The position numbers and the translations under genes are program-made. Positions 36,551 through 44,646 of a stretch of DNA of 64,000 bases are shown piece by piece. The notes beneath the pieces are model-generated. The model was given only the letters and a program-made list of their open reading frames with translations, was not told the origin of the DNA and did no database searches. Source of the DNA: Dehalococcoidia bacterium (lineage in GTDB: Bacteria > Chloroflexota > Dehalococcoidia > UBA2979). Location of the stretch: NCBI GenBank assembly GCA_965247895.1, contig OZ252046.1, positions 1,975,155-2,039,154 on the forward strand, given 5' to 3'. Each line of letters starts with the position of its first letter. The stretch's first letter is position 1.

Positions 36551-36636
36551 CGGCGTCTCGCGCACGCACGCGTCACACCCACCCCGCGCGGGCGGTAGCA
36601 TCGCGCGGGACGCAGCGCCAGCGGAGAGGACGTGAG

Positions 36637-37011
36637 ATGCGGGTCACGAGGATCTACACCGGCGACGACGGGCGATCGCACTTCGAGGACATCGACATCG
36701 ACACGGACCAGGGGACGACCCAGCGCTCTCCGGACTTCCCCGCGCTCGCCGTCGGGCTGCGCGAGTCCGAGGGCACGCGCGACCTGGACTTCCACCCCGC
36801 GCCCCGGAGGCAGCTCGTGATCACGCTCGGCGGGCGCATGGAGATCGAGGTCGGCGACGGCTCGAAGCGTGAGTTCGGCTGTGGCGACATCTTCCTCGCC
36901 GACGACACCAGCGGGCAGGGCCACATCCTGCGCGACACCGGCGGCGCACACCGCGGCGTCGTGGTTCCGCTCGCGCCCGAGTTCGACCTCGACACGTTCC
37001 GCGGCGGGTAG
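36637..37011 (+). CDS. cupin-domain protein (paralog at 59206-59547)
   Basis: GAGAGGA RBS plus ATG; small beta-barrel pattern (DFHPAPRRQLVITLGGRMEIEVGDG) shared with the second copy. Confidence 0.5.
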   Translation: MRVTRIYTGDDGRSHFEDIDIDTDQGTTQRSPDFPALAVGLRESEGTRDLDFHPAPRRQLVITLGGRMEIEVGDGSKREFGCGDIFLADDTSGQGHILRDTGGAHRGVVVPLAPEFDLDTFRGG

Positions 37012-37034
37012 GCCGGGCCGCCGCCTGCCCGCCG

Positions 37035-37361
37035 CTACGGCAGCGGCGAGTAGTCGGTCGGCGTGAGGATGTCGGAGCGGATGCGCGTGGTGAGCGAGCC
37101 GTCGCGGTGCGACTCGGCGCGAACGCGTCGCCACTCCTCGTCGGCCCTGAACGAGGCCCACTTGCGGTCGCGATCGGCCATGTCCTCGAACTTCATCAGG
37201 TAGACGAGCTGGTCGCTCCAGCCGCCGTGGCCGTAGGTCCAGAAGCCGACGACGTCCATGCCGTGGTTCGCGAAGATGCGCAGCGTGTGGTCGCGGAAGC
37301 GGGCGTTGAGCTCCGGCATCTTGCCCGGCGCCGCCTCGTAGATTCGCAGTTCGTAGATCAT
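37035..37361 (-). CDS. NIPSNAP-family protein, copy 1 of a tandem duplicate
   Basis: MIYELRIYEAAPGKMPELNARF... dimeric alpha+beta barrel NIPSNAP signature. Confidence 0.65.
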   Translation of the reverse strand: MIYELRIYEAAPGKMPELNARFRDHTLRIFANHGMDVVGFWTYGHGGWSDQLVYLMKFEDMADRDRKWASFRADEEWRRVRAESHRDGSLTTRIRSDILTPTDYSPLP

Positions 37362-37385
37362 CGCTGCTCCTTCCGGCGCGAACCG

Positions 37386-37712
37386 CTACGGCAGCGGCGA
37401 GTAGTCCGTTGGCGCGAGGATGTCCGAGCGGACGCGCGTGGTGAGCGAGCCGTCGCGGTGCGATTCTGCGACGACGCGCCGCCACTCCTCGTCGGCCCCG
37501 AACGAGGCCCACTTGCGGGCGCGATCGGCCATGTCCTCGAACTTCATCATGTAGACGAGCTGGTCACTCCAGCCGCCGTGGCCGTACGTCCAGAAGCCGA
37601 CGACGTCCATGCCGTGGTTCGCGAAGATGCGCAGCGTGTGGTCGCGGAAGCGCGCGTTGAGCTCCGGCATCTTGCCCGGCGCCGCCTCGTAGGTCCTCAG
37701 TTCGTAGATCAT
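37386..37712 (-). CDS. NIPSNAP-family protein, copy 2
   Basis: About 95% nucleotide identity to copy 1, including the RBS (351-bp tandem repeat); start MIYELRTYE inside ORF 37386-37781. Confidence 0.65.
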   Translation of the reverse strand: MIYELRTYEAAPGKMPELNARFRDHTLRIFANHGMDVVGFWTYGHGGWSDQLVYMMKFEDMADRARKWASFGADEEWRRVVAESHRDGSLTTRVRSDILAPTDYSPLP

Positions 37713-37815
37713 CGCTGCTCCTTCCGTGGGGGCGCAGCCGTGCCGCGCGCCGAGGCGACGATACGCGCTCGCGAGGCGCACGGCGAGACGGCGATGGGGG
37801 GTCGCGCCCCCCTGG

Positions 37816-38709
37816 TTACGCCTTCAGCCCGGCGAGATGCTCCGACCCGAACTCTGCGATGAGCTCGGGGGTGCGGTCGATGTGCTCCGGATCAACCCTG
37901 ACGGTCGTGTGCCCCACGCCGGCCTCGGCGAGCCTGTGCATCTCCTCGGCCAGGCGGCCCAGCTCCCCGGCGCTGAGGAAGCCTGCACCGCCGGCGTGCA
38001 GTGTGATCGACGCTGGATCGCGTCCCGCGCGATCGGCGATCTCGCGCACGCGATCCCAGTCCCTCATCGTCTTTTCGAGTGGGCTCCGCGGCGCGGCCAT
38101 CCAGCCGTCGCCGAAGCGCACGGCCCGCTCCATCTGCGGCCGCGTGTCGCCGCCGAACCAGAAGGGGATCGTCCCGGCCGGCCGGGGACGGCAGGTCCAG
38201 CCGTCGACCCGATAGAACTCGCCTTCGAAGTCGACCCAGTCCTCCGACCAGAACGCGCGCAGGAGCCGCAGTGCCTCGTCGGTTCGCCGCCCACGACGGT
38301 CGTACGGGGCGTCCAGCACCTCGAACTCCTCCTCGCACCACCCGACGCCCACGCCGAGGGTGAGCCGTCCGCCGCTCAGCTGGTCGAGTGTCGCGAGCAC
38401 CTTGGCGAGTAGCACCGGCTGCCGCATCGGCAGCACGAGCACCGATGTGCCGAGCCGGATGCGCTCGGTAGCTCCGGCCACGAAGGTCAGCAATGTCAGC
38501 GCCTCGAGCATGACGTCCGGGGGATAGATGGTGCTGTTGATCCCGTCCGCCGCGTACGGGTACGTCGACCGGAACTCCCGAGGCACCACCACGTGGTCGG
38601 CGGCCCACAGCGAGTCGAACCCCGCGGCGTCGGCAGCCTGTGCGCAGCGCAGCACGTGCTGCCTCGTCGCCGTCGGGCCGAACTGCGGGAGCGAGAGCCC
38701 AACCTGCAT
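37816..38709 (-). CDS. LLM-class F420-dependent oxidoreductase
   Basis: MQVGLSLPQFGP start at 38709; LLM motifs (GFDSLWAADHV, LDQLSGGRLTLGVGVGW). Confidence 0.7.
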   Translation of the reverse strand: MQVGLSLPQFGPTATRQHVLRCAQAADAAGFDSLWAADHVVVPREFRSTYPYAADGINSTIYPPDVMLEALTLLTFVAGATERIRLGTSVLVLPMRQPVLLAKVLATLDQLSGGRLTLGVGVGWCEEEFEVLDAPYDRRGRRTDEALRLLRAFWSEDWVDFEGEFYRVDGWTCRPRPAGTIPFWFGGDTRPQMERAVRFGDGWMAAPRSPLEKTMRDWDRVREIADRAGRDPASITLHAGGAGFLSAGELGRLAEEMHRLAEAGVGHTTVRVDPEHIDRTPELIAEFGSEHLAGLKA

Positions 38710-38932
38710 GATCGCCCTGGCTCCAATCGGCGCCGGCGCCCGTATGCGCGGGCCGGCGCTCGGCGAAGTAGCCGTCGCGCGAGAGAGTGGGGCCTGCCAG
38801 CACAGCCCCGGCTGGAACCGCCGCTTGCCGGAGCCGGATTCAGCCACTCCGGGCGAAGCCCCGCTGGATTATAGGTGAGGGCGCATTGCCCCCGCGTCGC
38901 ATCGTTGATATTGCTACCGAAACAGGGGGTGC

Positions 38933-38954
38933 GTGCATCAAGACCCTGTTACCG
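38933..38954 (-). promoter_or_regulatory. candidate operator motif CGGTAACAGGGTCTTGATGCAC (copy 3), embedded in an imperfect palindrome AACAGGG-N16-CCCTGTT
   Basis: 22-bp motif about 225 bp upstream of the LLM gene start. Near-identical to two copies at 40787-40845. Confidence 0.3.
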
Positions 38955-39269
38955 AAGTAGCTGGACGGGCGTTGTGCGGCGGAAAAGTCGAGAGCCGCGC
39001 TCGGTGACCTGCGCGTGCCGTGGAATCCGGCGTGATCGAGGAGAACAAGAAACTGGCCCTCGATGCGCGCGTGGTGAAGCTCAACCCGTTCGAGCTGCGT
39101 CGCGAGCGCGAGCGGCTGCTCGCCCGCCCGTGGGAGTGGGCCGCCACACCCGGTAGCGCCGTTTCGAGGTGCACAGGGGCGGATCGTTGCTGTCGCCGCG
39201 AGGCCTGTGATGATCCGCCTCAACCGTATCCGTCGTCGTGACGCCGACTGCGCCCGGGCGGGGCTAAAT

Positions 39270-40721
39270 CTACTCGGGTGACGGCACGAGTTCGGAGGAC
39301 TCGGCGACGCGGAGCAGTTCTTCGAAGGAGAGGGAATCCGATTCGATAAGCGCGACGACATCACCGTCCCGCCAGAGGAGGCTGAGGACGCCGTTCTCCG
39401 AGTGGCGGTACGCATCATCGAGGTCGGAGTCGACGGCTTGCCAGGAGCCTACCGCCGCAGGGATGCTGCCGTGCCGACGGCGCTGGCGGAGGAGGATGTA
39501 GGCATCTTCCGGAGATTCGAGCAGGACCCAGACGGCGACCGAACCGCAGCCGCCGCCGAGGCTGCCTTCGGCGCCCGCGGCGGTGGAGCGGTAGCCGGCC
39601 GGCGCGTACGAGGGTTGGAGGAAGCCGCGATCGGCGGGAAAGGACATGCTACCGACTGATCTGTGCGAGCTACACGACTGCGCGTCGGAGGACTCGATCT
39701 CGCGCGCGCCGGGTGGTGGATCGAAGTTGAAGCGGCTCGCGTCGATCTCGGCATCGTACGAGAGCGCGGTGACCTCGGCGCGGTAGGACTGGCCTCCGTC
39801 TTCGGCATCAACAGCCCAGCGCATGATGAACATGCGCTCCGGGTCGATGGAGACACGGATGACGCCCCCGGAAGGGTGGCGGAGTTCGACGATCTGCGTG
39901 GTGCGGCCGAGCAGCGTCTCCTCGCCCACGAGGTCGACTTCAGGATAGCCACCACGCTCCCGCCACAGATCGATGAATGCGTCGATGCTTTCAACGCCGG
40001 CGGGACCGACGGGTGCGCTGAAAATGGGAGAGAGCGCCGTGCCCTCCGGCAACACGCCGAAGACGTCGCGCCGGTAGGTGTTCATGCGACCGTCGTATTG
40101 CCAGACGTCGGCGGCGCCGTCAGAGATCGTCAGGATCGTGCCGTCGTCGATGATCGTGCCGTTCGTTTCGATTTCCCAGCGCCAGCGGACGGGGTCCGTG
40201 GCGTGCCACCAGCGGATGACGCTCGCGCCCTCGGCAGAACGGAAGCGGGCGAGCGGGTCGTCACCCGACGGCTCGACATCGAGGGTGATTTCCGCGTAGA
40301 AGCTGGCGGCGCGAGGCGGCTCGTTCTCGGAGGCGCAGGCGAGAGCGAAGCTCCCCGCGAGCAGCGCCGGGAGCAGGAGAGCGAGCCGACGTCCGGTCAG
40401 GATGCCCGCGATTGCGCGTATGCCTCTTGCGCCTCTCACGAAGTGGGCGAGCACCATACCCGCAGCCCATCCGGCAAGGACGGCAACAACGAAGATAGGG
40501 GGCCACGTGTCTGGATTCGGGGCAACGTACAACCCGAGGCTGCGATTGTAGCCAGGGAGAGCGAGGAAACCGCCGCCGACAGCCACTGCTGCGATCGGGA
40601 TCACGGACTGAGTGTTGGCGTCGTCGTCCGACACCTCCGTGTATGCCGACCCGTCGAGGTGCGCCGCTGTCGCGATCCGCCGAGTGAACGTACGCTGCCG
40701 ATCGGACGCCATGCCGAGCAC
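39270..40721 (-). CDS. hypothetical membrane-anchored/lipoprotein-like protein (DUF4367/LolA-like C-terminal region?)
   Basis: Hydrophobic N-terminal segments and a lipobox-like FALAC; no catalytic motifs seen; GC lower than flanks; start uncertain. Confidence 0.4.
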   Translation of the reverse strand: MLGMASDRQRTFTRRIATAAHLDGSAYTEVSDDDANTQSVIPIAAVAVGGGFLALPGYNRSLGLYVAPNPDTWPPIFVVAVLAGWAAGMVLAHFVRGARGIRAIAGILTGRRLALLLPALLAGSFALACASENEPPRAASFYAEITLDVEPSGDDPLARFRSAEGASVIRWWHATDPVRWRWEIETNGTIIDDGTILTISDGAADVWQYDGRMNTYRRDVFGVLPEGTALSPIFSAPVGPAGVESIDAFIDLWRERGGYPEVDLVGEETLLGRTTQIVELRHPSGGVIRVSIDPERMFIMRWAVDAEDGGQSYRAEVTALSYDAEIDASRFNFDPPPGAREIESSDAQSCSSHRSVGSMSFPADRGFLQPSYAPAGYRSTAAGAEGSLGGGCGSVAVWVLLESPEDAYILLRQRRRHGSIPAAVGSWQAVDSDLDDAYRHSENGVLSLLWRDGDVVALIESDSLSFEELLRVAESSELVPSPE

Positions 40722-40786
40722 CGCTTTCGGCTACGCGAGCACCTGGATCACGCTACAAGATCCCAAGTCACTACAGCGCGGATCCT

Positions 40787-40845
40787 CGGTAACAGGATTG
40801 TGATGCACAAATGAGGCACTCCGGTAACACCTGATTCTGATGCAC
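40787..40845 (+). promoter_or_regulatory. two tandem copies of the CGGTAACA-N(6-8)-TGATGCAC motif
   Basis: Copies at 40787-40808 and 40822-40845, 70-130 bp upstream of the CoA-transferase start at 40918. Confidence 0.3.
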
Positions 40846-40917
40846 TGCGGCCCCGGAGACACCGCGACCGGGCGGCGCGCGGCCTGCTACCCTCGGCGCG
40901 CGACGAAGGAGGTTGCC

Positions 40918-42120
40918 ATGGGCGCCGGACCTGCGGCGGGTATGCCGCTCTCCGATCTGCTGGTAATCGACCTCACGCGCGCACGCTCGGGGCCGACCTG
41001 CGTGCGCCAGCTCGCGGACTGGGGCGCCGACGTGATCAAGATCGAGCCGCCGCCCTCCTCGGGCGTGCAGGCGACGATCACCGGCGGGCGGCTCGGCTTC
41101 GACTTCCAGAACCTGCATCGCAACAAGCGCAGCCTCACGCTGGACCTCAAGGCTCCCGAGGGCCGGCAGGTGCTGCTCGACCTCGCGAAGACGGCCGATG
41201 TCGTCGTCGAGAACTTCCGCCCGCTGGTCAAGCAGCGGCTGGGGATCGACTACGAGACGCTGCGCGAGGTCAACCCGCGGATCATCTACGGCAGCATCTC
41301 CGGGTTCGGGCAGAGCGGACCCTACCGCGACCGGCCGGGCTTCGACCAGATCGCGCAGGGCCTCGGCGGCATCATGTCGGTGACCGGCCTGCCGGGGCAG
41401 GGGCCGGTGCGCGCCGGCGTCCCGATCGCGGACCTGAGCGCCGGGCACTTCCTCGCGCAGGGCATCCTGCTGGCGCTGCTGGAACGCGCGCGCTCCGGCG
41501 AGGGCCAGTGGGTGCACACCTCGCTGCTCGAGGCGCAGATCGCGATGATGGACTTCCAGGCTGCGCGCTGGCTGATCGAGCGGGATCTGCCGGGCCAGGC
41601 CGGCAACGACCACCCCACCTCGATCCCCACGGGCGTCTTCTCGACCTCCGACGGCCACATCAACATCGCCGCCTCCGGCCAGCCGATCTACGAGCGCTTC
41701 TGCAAGGCGATCGACGCGCCCGGGCTGATCGAGCACCCCGACTACGCCGACGGGGAATCGCGCTCCGCGAACCGCAAGGCGCTCAACGCCGAACTGTCCG
41801 CGATCACCAGCACGCGCAGCAGCGCCGAGTGGATCGAGGACCTCAACGCGGCGGGCGTGCCCTGCGGGCCGATCTACCGCGTCGACGAGATGGCCGCGGA
41901 CGAGCAGGTGCTGCACCTCGGCATCGCCCGGCCGGCGGCGCACCCCACGCTGGGGGAGATCGAGCTCGTCGGGCAGCCGATGCAGCTCGAGCGCACCTCG
42001 CAACCAGCGCAGATGCGCAGCGCCGCGCCCGCACTGGGCGAGCAAAGTGACGAGGTGCTGACAACCCTCGGCTACGACGACGAGGCGATCGCCGGGCTGC
42101 GCGCCCGCGGCGTCGTCTGA
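40918..42120 (+). CDS. family-III CoA-transferase (CaiB/BaiF type, single domain)
   Basis: GAAGGAGG RBS; LLVIDLTRARSGPTCVRQLADWGADVIKIEPP and IYGSISGFGQSGP motifs. Confidence 0.8.
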   Translation: MGAGPAAGMPLSDLLVIDLTRARSGPTCVRQLADWGADVIKIEPPPSSGVQATITGGRLGFDFQNLHRNKRSLTLDLKAPEGRQVLLDLAKTADVVVENFRPLVKQRLGIDYETLREVNPRIIYGSISGFGQSGPYRDRPGFDQIAQGLGGIMSVTGLPGQGPVRAGVPIADLSAGHFLAQGILLALLERARSGEGQWVHTSLLEAQIAMMDFQAARWLIERDLPGQAGNDHPTSIPTGVFSTSDGHINIAASGQPIYERFCKAIDAPGLIEHPDYADGESRSANRKALNAELSAITSTRSSAEWIEDLNAAGVPCGPIYRVDEMAADEQVLHLGIARPAAHPTLGEIELVGQPMQLERTSQPAQMRSAAPALGEQSDEVLTTLGYDDEAIAGLRARGVV

Positions 42121-42166
42121 GGCGCGACCACCCCGGACGAGCAGCCCTCAGCGGGCCGGAGGAGCG

Positions 42167-42961
42167 ATGGAAACGACGACCGACCAGCTAATCGCCGAGG
42201 TCGAGGACGGCATCGGCTGGCTGACCTTCAACCACCCCGAGCGGCGCAACGCGCTGACGATGGCGATGACGGCCGGGCTGCCGGACATCCTCGAGCAGTT
42301 CGCGGCCGACGACGCGGTGCGCGTGCTGGCGATGAAGGGCGCGGGTGACCGCGCCTTCGTCTCCGGGGCCGACATCTCCGAGTTCGAGCAGCGGCGCTCC
42401 TCGCCGGAGTCGATCGCGAAGTTCGACGCGGCGGGCGCGCGCATGGCGGCATCGTTCGCCGAGTTCCCGAAGCCGATCGTGGCGATGATCCGCGGCTTCG
42501 CGATGGGCGGCGGGCTGATGATGGCGATGCGCGCCGACATCCGCATCGCCGCCGAGGACTCGCAGTTCGGCATCCCCGCCGCGCGCCTCGGGCTCGGCTA
42601 CGGCTACCAGGGCGTCGAGAACCTCGTGAAGCTCGTCGGCCCCGCCTATGCGAGCGAAATCCTGCTCACCGGCGGACGCTTCGACGCGCCGACGGCGCTG
42701 CGCATGGGCCTCGTCAACCGCGTCGTCGCCGTCGAGGATCTCGAGGCCGAGACGCGCGCGGTCGCGGGCGCGATCGCGGAGAACGCCCCGCTCACCATCG
42801 CCGCCCTGCGCGCCTCGATCCGCGAGGCGCTGACGGACCCGGCGCGCCGCGACCTCGAGACGATCACGGAGATGGTCGCCGCCTGCTTCGCGAGCGCGGA
42901 CTACATCGAGGGCCGCCGCGCGTTCATGGAGAAGCGGCGCCCCGAGTTCACGGGGCGCTGA
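42167..42961 (+). CDS. enoyl-CoA hydratase/isomerase family protein
   Basis: Crotonase motifs (AFVSGADISEF, IRGFAMGGG). Confidence 0.8.
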   Translation: METTTDQLIAEVEDGIGWLTFNHPERRNALTMAMTAGLPDILEQFAADDAVRVLAMKGAGDRAFVSGADISEFEQRRSSPESIAKFDAAGARMAASFAEFPKPIVAMIRGFAMGGGLMMAMRADIRIAAEDSQFGIPAARLGLGYGYQGVENLVKLVGPAYASEILLTGGRFDAPTALRMGLVNRVVAVEDLEAETRAVAGAIAENAPLTIAALRASIREALTDPARRDLETITEMVAACFASADYIEGRRAFMEKRRPEFTGR

Positions 42962-42968
42962 GCCGGGC

Positions 42969-43337
42969 ATGCACATCGCGCTGATCGCCCTCGGCGGCGC
43001 GGCGGGCGCGCTGCTGCGCTACGGCGTGAGCGAGTGGGTGACGGCGCCGCGCGGCGGCTTCCCGCTGGCGACGCTGCTCGCGAACATCAGCGGTGCCTTC
43101 CTGCTCGGCGTCGCCTCGCTGCTGCTCGTGCGCCTCGAGGTCTCCACGGCGCTGCGGCTCGGCCTGACCGTCGGCGTACTCGGCGCCTACACCACCTTCT
43201 CCACCTTCAGCGTGGAGACGCTGGACCTGCTCAACGACGGCGAGTGGCGGACGGCCGCGCTCTACGTCCTCGCCAGCGTCGCGGGCGCCCTCGCTGCGGC
43301 GTGGGCCGGGCAGAGCCTCGCGCGGGCGACGGGGTAG
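42969..43337 (+). CDS. crcB: fluoride channel CrcB/Fluc
   Basis: 122 aa, four TM helices, GALLRY and TTFSTFS signature motifs. Confidence 0.8.
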   Translation: MHIALIALGGAAGALLRYGVSEWVTAPRGGFPLATLLANISGAFLLGVASLLLVRLEVSTALRLGLTVGVLGAYTTFSTFSVETLDLLNDGEWRTAALYVLASVAGALAAAWAGQSLARATG

Positions 43338-43405
43338 GGGGGCAGTTGCTGCTACTGGCGGGCGCAACGTGCTCTTGACCCCTCTCTCCACACAATAGTA
43401 TCGTT

Positions 43406-43852
43406 GTGTATGTGATACCAGAATTCGAAGCTGGCGGACTCCTCCCACCCGGAGTCCACTGGGCGACCTGGGACGAATTAGTCGAGAGATTCGGGACGAA
43501 CCCGTGGAGGCAACACCTCTTGACCGGACTCAGAGCCGCACTGGAGAACCTGCAAGTCGCGGGCTGCCGGACCGTCTACCTCGACGGGAGCTTCGTGACG
43601 AGCAAGGCGGTCCCGAACGACTACGACGCCTGTTGGGAAGAGGCAGGCGTCGATCCGGATGTCCTCGATCCCGTTCTCCTGACCTTCGACCCCGGGCGAG
43701 TGACGCAGAAGGCCAAGTACCTGGGGGAGTTGTTCCCTGCGTCGTTCGTCGCCGATCAGGACGGGCTGTCGTTCCTTGAGTTCTTCCAAGCGGACAAGGA
43801 CTCCGGGGAGCCCAGGGGGATCATCGCGATAGACCTGGGAGGCCGCATGTGA
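43406..43852 (+). CDS. minimal nucleotidyltransferase (MNT/pol-beta superfamily; DUF6932-like?)
   Basis: GS-x9-DxD motif (YLDGSFVTSKAVPNDYD) typical of pol-beta-type NTases. 148 aa; low-GC leader; stop overlaps the next start (ATGTGA). Confidence 0.5.
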   Translation: MYVIPEFEAGGLLPPGVHWATWDELVERFGTNPWRQHLLTGLRAALENLQVAGCRTVYLDGSFVTSKAVPNDYDACWEEAGVDPDVLDPVLLTFDPGRVTQKAKYLGELFPASFVADQDGLSFLEFFQADKDSGEPRGIIAIDLGGRM

Positions 43853-44259
43853 TCAAGAACGAGCGCCAATACCGGATCACCAAGACCCAGGCGACCCGCT
43901 TCGCGCAGACCCTGGAGAGCCTCGCGAGGCGCGCCGACGAAGACTCGGGGATTCACCCCCGTATCGCCCAGGCTCGGGAGGACGCGCTGAGAAGCCAGCT
44001 CGGAGACCTTGAACGGGAGTTGCGCGAGTACGAGTCCTTGAAGGCGGGTGGATTCGAGCTCGACGAACTGAACGTGTTCGCTGAGCTGGCAACGTTCCTG
44101 ATCAAGGCACGGATCGCGCGGGGCCTGAGTCAAAGGGAGCTGGCGGACCGCATCGGGTTGAAGGAACAGCAGATCCAGCGCTACGAGGCCACCGATTACG
44201 CATCCGCCAGTCTGGCCCGGATCAAGGAGGTCGCGAGCGCCCTGGGCGCGACTGGCTAG
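43849..44259 (+). CDS. XRE-family HTH protein with N-terminal coiled-coil region (candidate partner of the NTase)
   Basis: C-terminal HTH_3 signature (RGLSQRELADRIGLKEQQIQRYE); translationally coupled to the upstream NTase. Confidence 0.55.
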   Translation: MIKNERQYRITKTQATRFAQTLESLARRADEDSGIHPRIAQAREDALRSQLGDLERELREYESLKAGGFELDELNVFAELATFLIKARIARGLSQRELADRIGLKEQQIQRYEATDYASASLARIKEVASALGATG

Positions 44260-44260
44260 C

Positions 44261-44366
44261 CCCGCGCAGCCGCCACCCCGTACAGCAGCCCCTCCACCTC
44301 CCGAGGCGGCCGCCCAGCGCCGCTCCGGGGCGACGGGGAGCGGGGCGCAGACGTCGATCTCGGTGA
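44261..44366 (-). pseudogene. remnant of the 3' end of an LLM oxidoreductase gene (paralogous to the end of 48681-49571), internally deleted
   Basis: 44277-44307 and 44315-44360 match 48703-48733 and 48821-48866 (CGTACAGCAGCCCCTCCACCTCCCG..., GCTCCGGGGCGACGGGGAGCGGGGCGCAGA.GTCGATCTCGG.GAAGTCGCGG). Confidence 0.55.
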
Positions 44367-44375
44367 AGTCGCGGC

Positions 44376-44596
44376 CTGCTGCTCGTGCGCCTCGATGTCT
44401 CCACGGCGCTGCGGCTCGGCCTCACCGTCGGCGTGCTCGGCGCCTACACCACCTTCTCGACCTTCAGCGTGGAGACGCTGGACCTGCTCAGCGACGGCGA
44501 GTGGCGGACGGCCGCGCTCTACGTCCTCGCCAGCGTCGCGGGCGCCCTCGCGGCGGCGTGGGCCGGGCAGAGCCTCGCGCGGGGGGCGGGGTAGGG
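44376..44596 (+). repeat. direct duplicate of the crcB 3' end (copy of 43119-43340), giving a 69-codon crcB fragment
   Basis: About 95% identity over 222 bp; the two copies flank the NTase/HTH cassette and the LLM remnant. Confidence 0.75.
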
Positions 44597-44646
44597 GTGC
44601 CGGCTAGAGCATCGTCGAGGTCAGCGCCGAACGGCGTCGCCGACGG

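Larger units (their letters stand above)
37024..37726. repeat. 351-bp tandem duplication (two units, ~95% identical) encoding the two NIPSNAP genes
   Basis: Direct comparison of 37024-37374 with 37375-37726. Confidence 0.8.

Noticed and set aside
38710-39269. ORFs 38840-39418 (-) and 38875-39156 (+) in the 560-bp gap
   Set aside because: Arg/Ser-rich with no start context. The gap is better explained as a regulatory region carrying the CGGTAACA...TGATGCAC motif.
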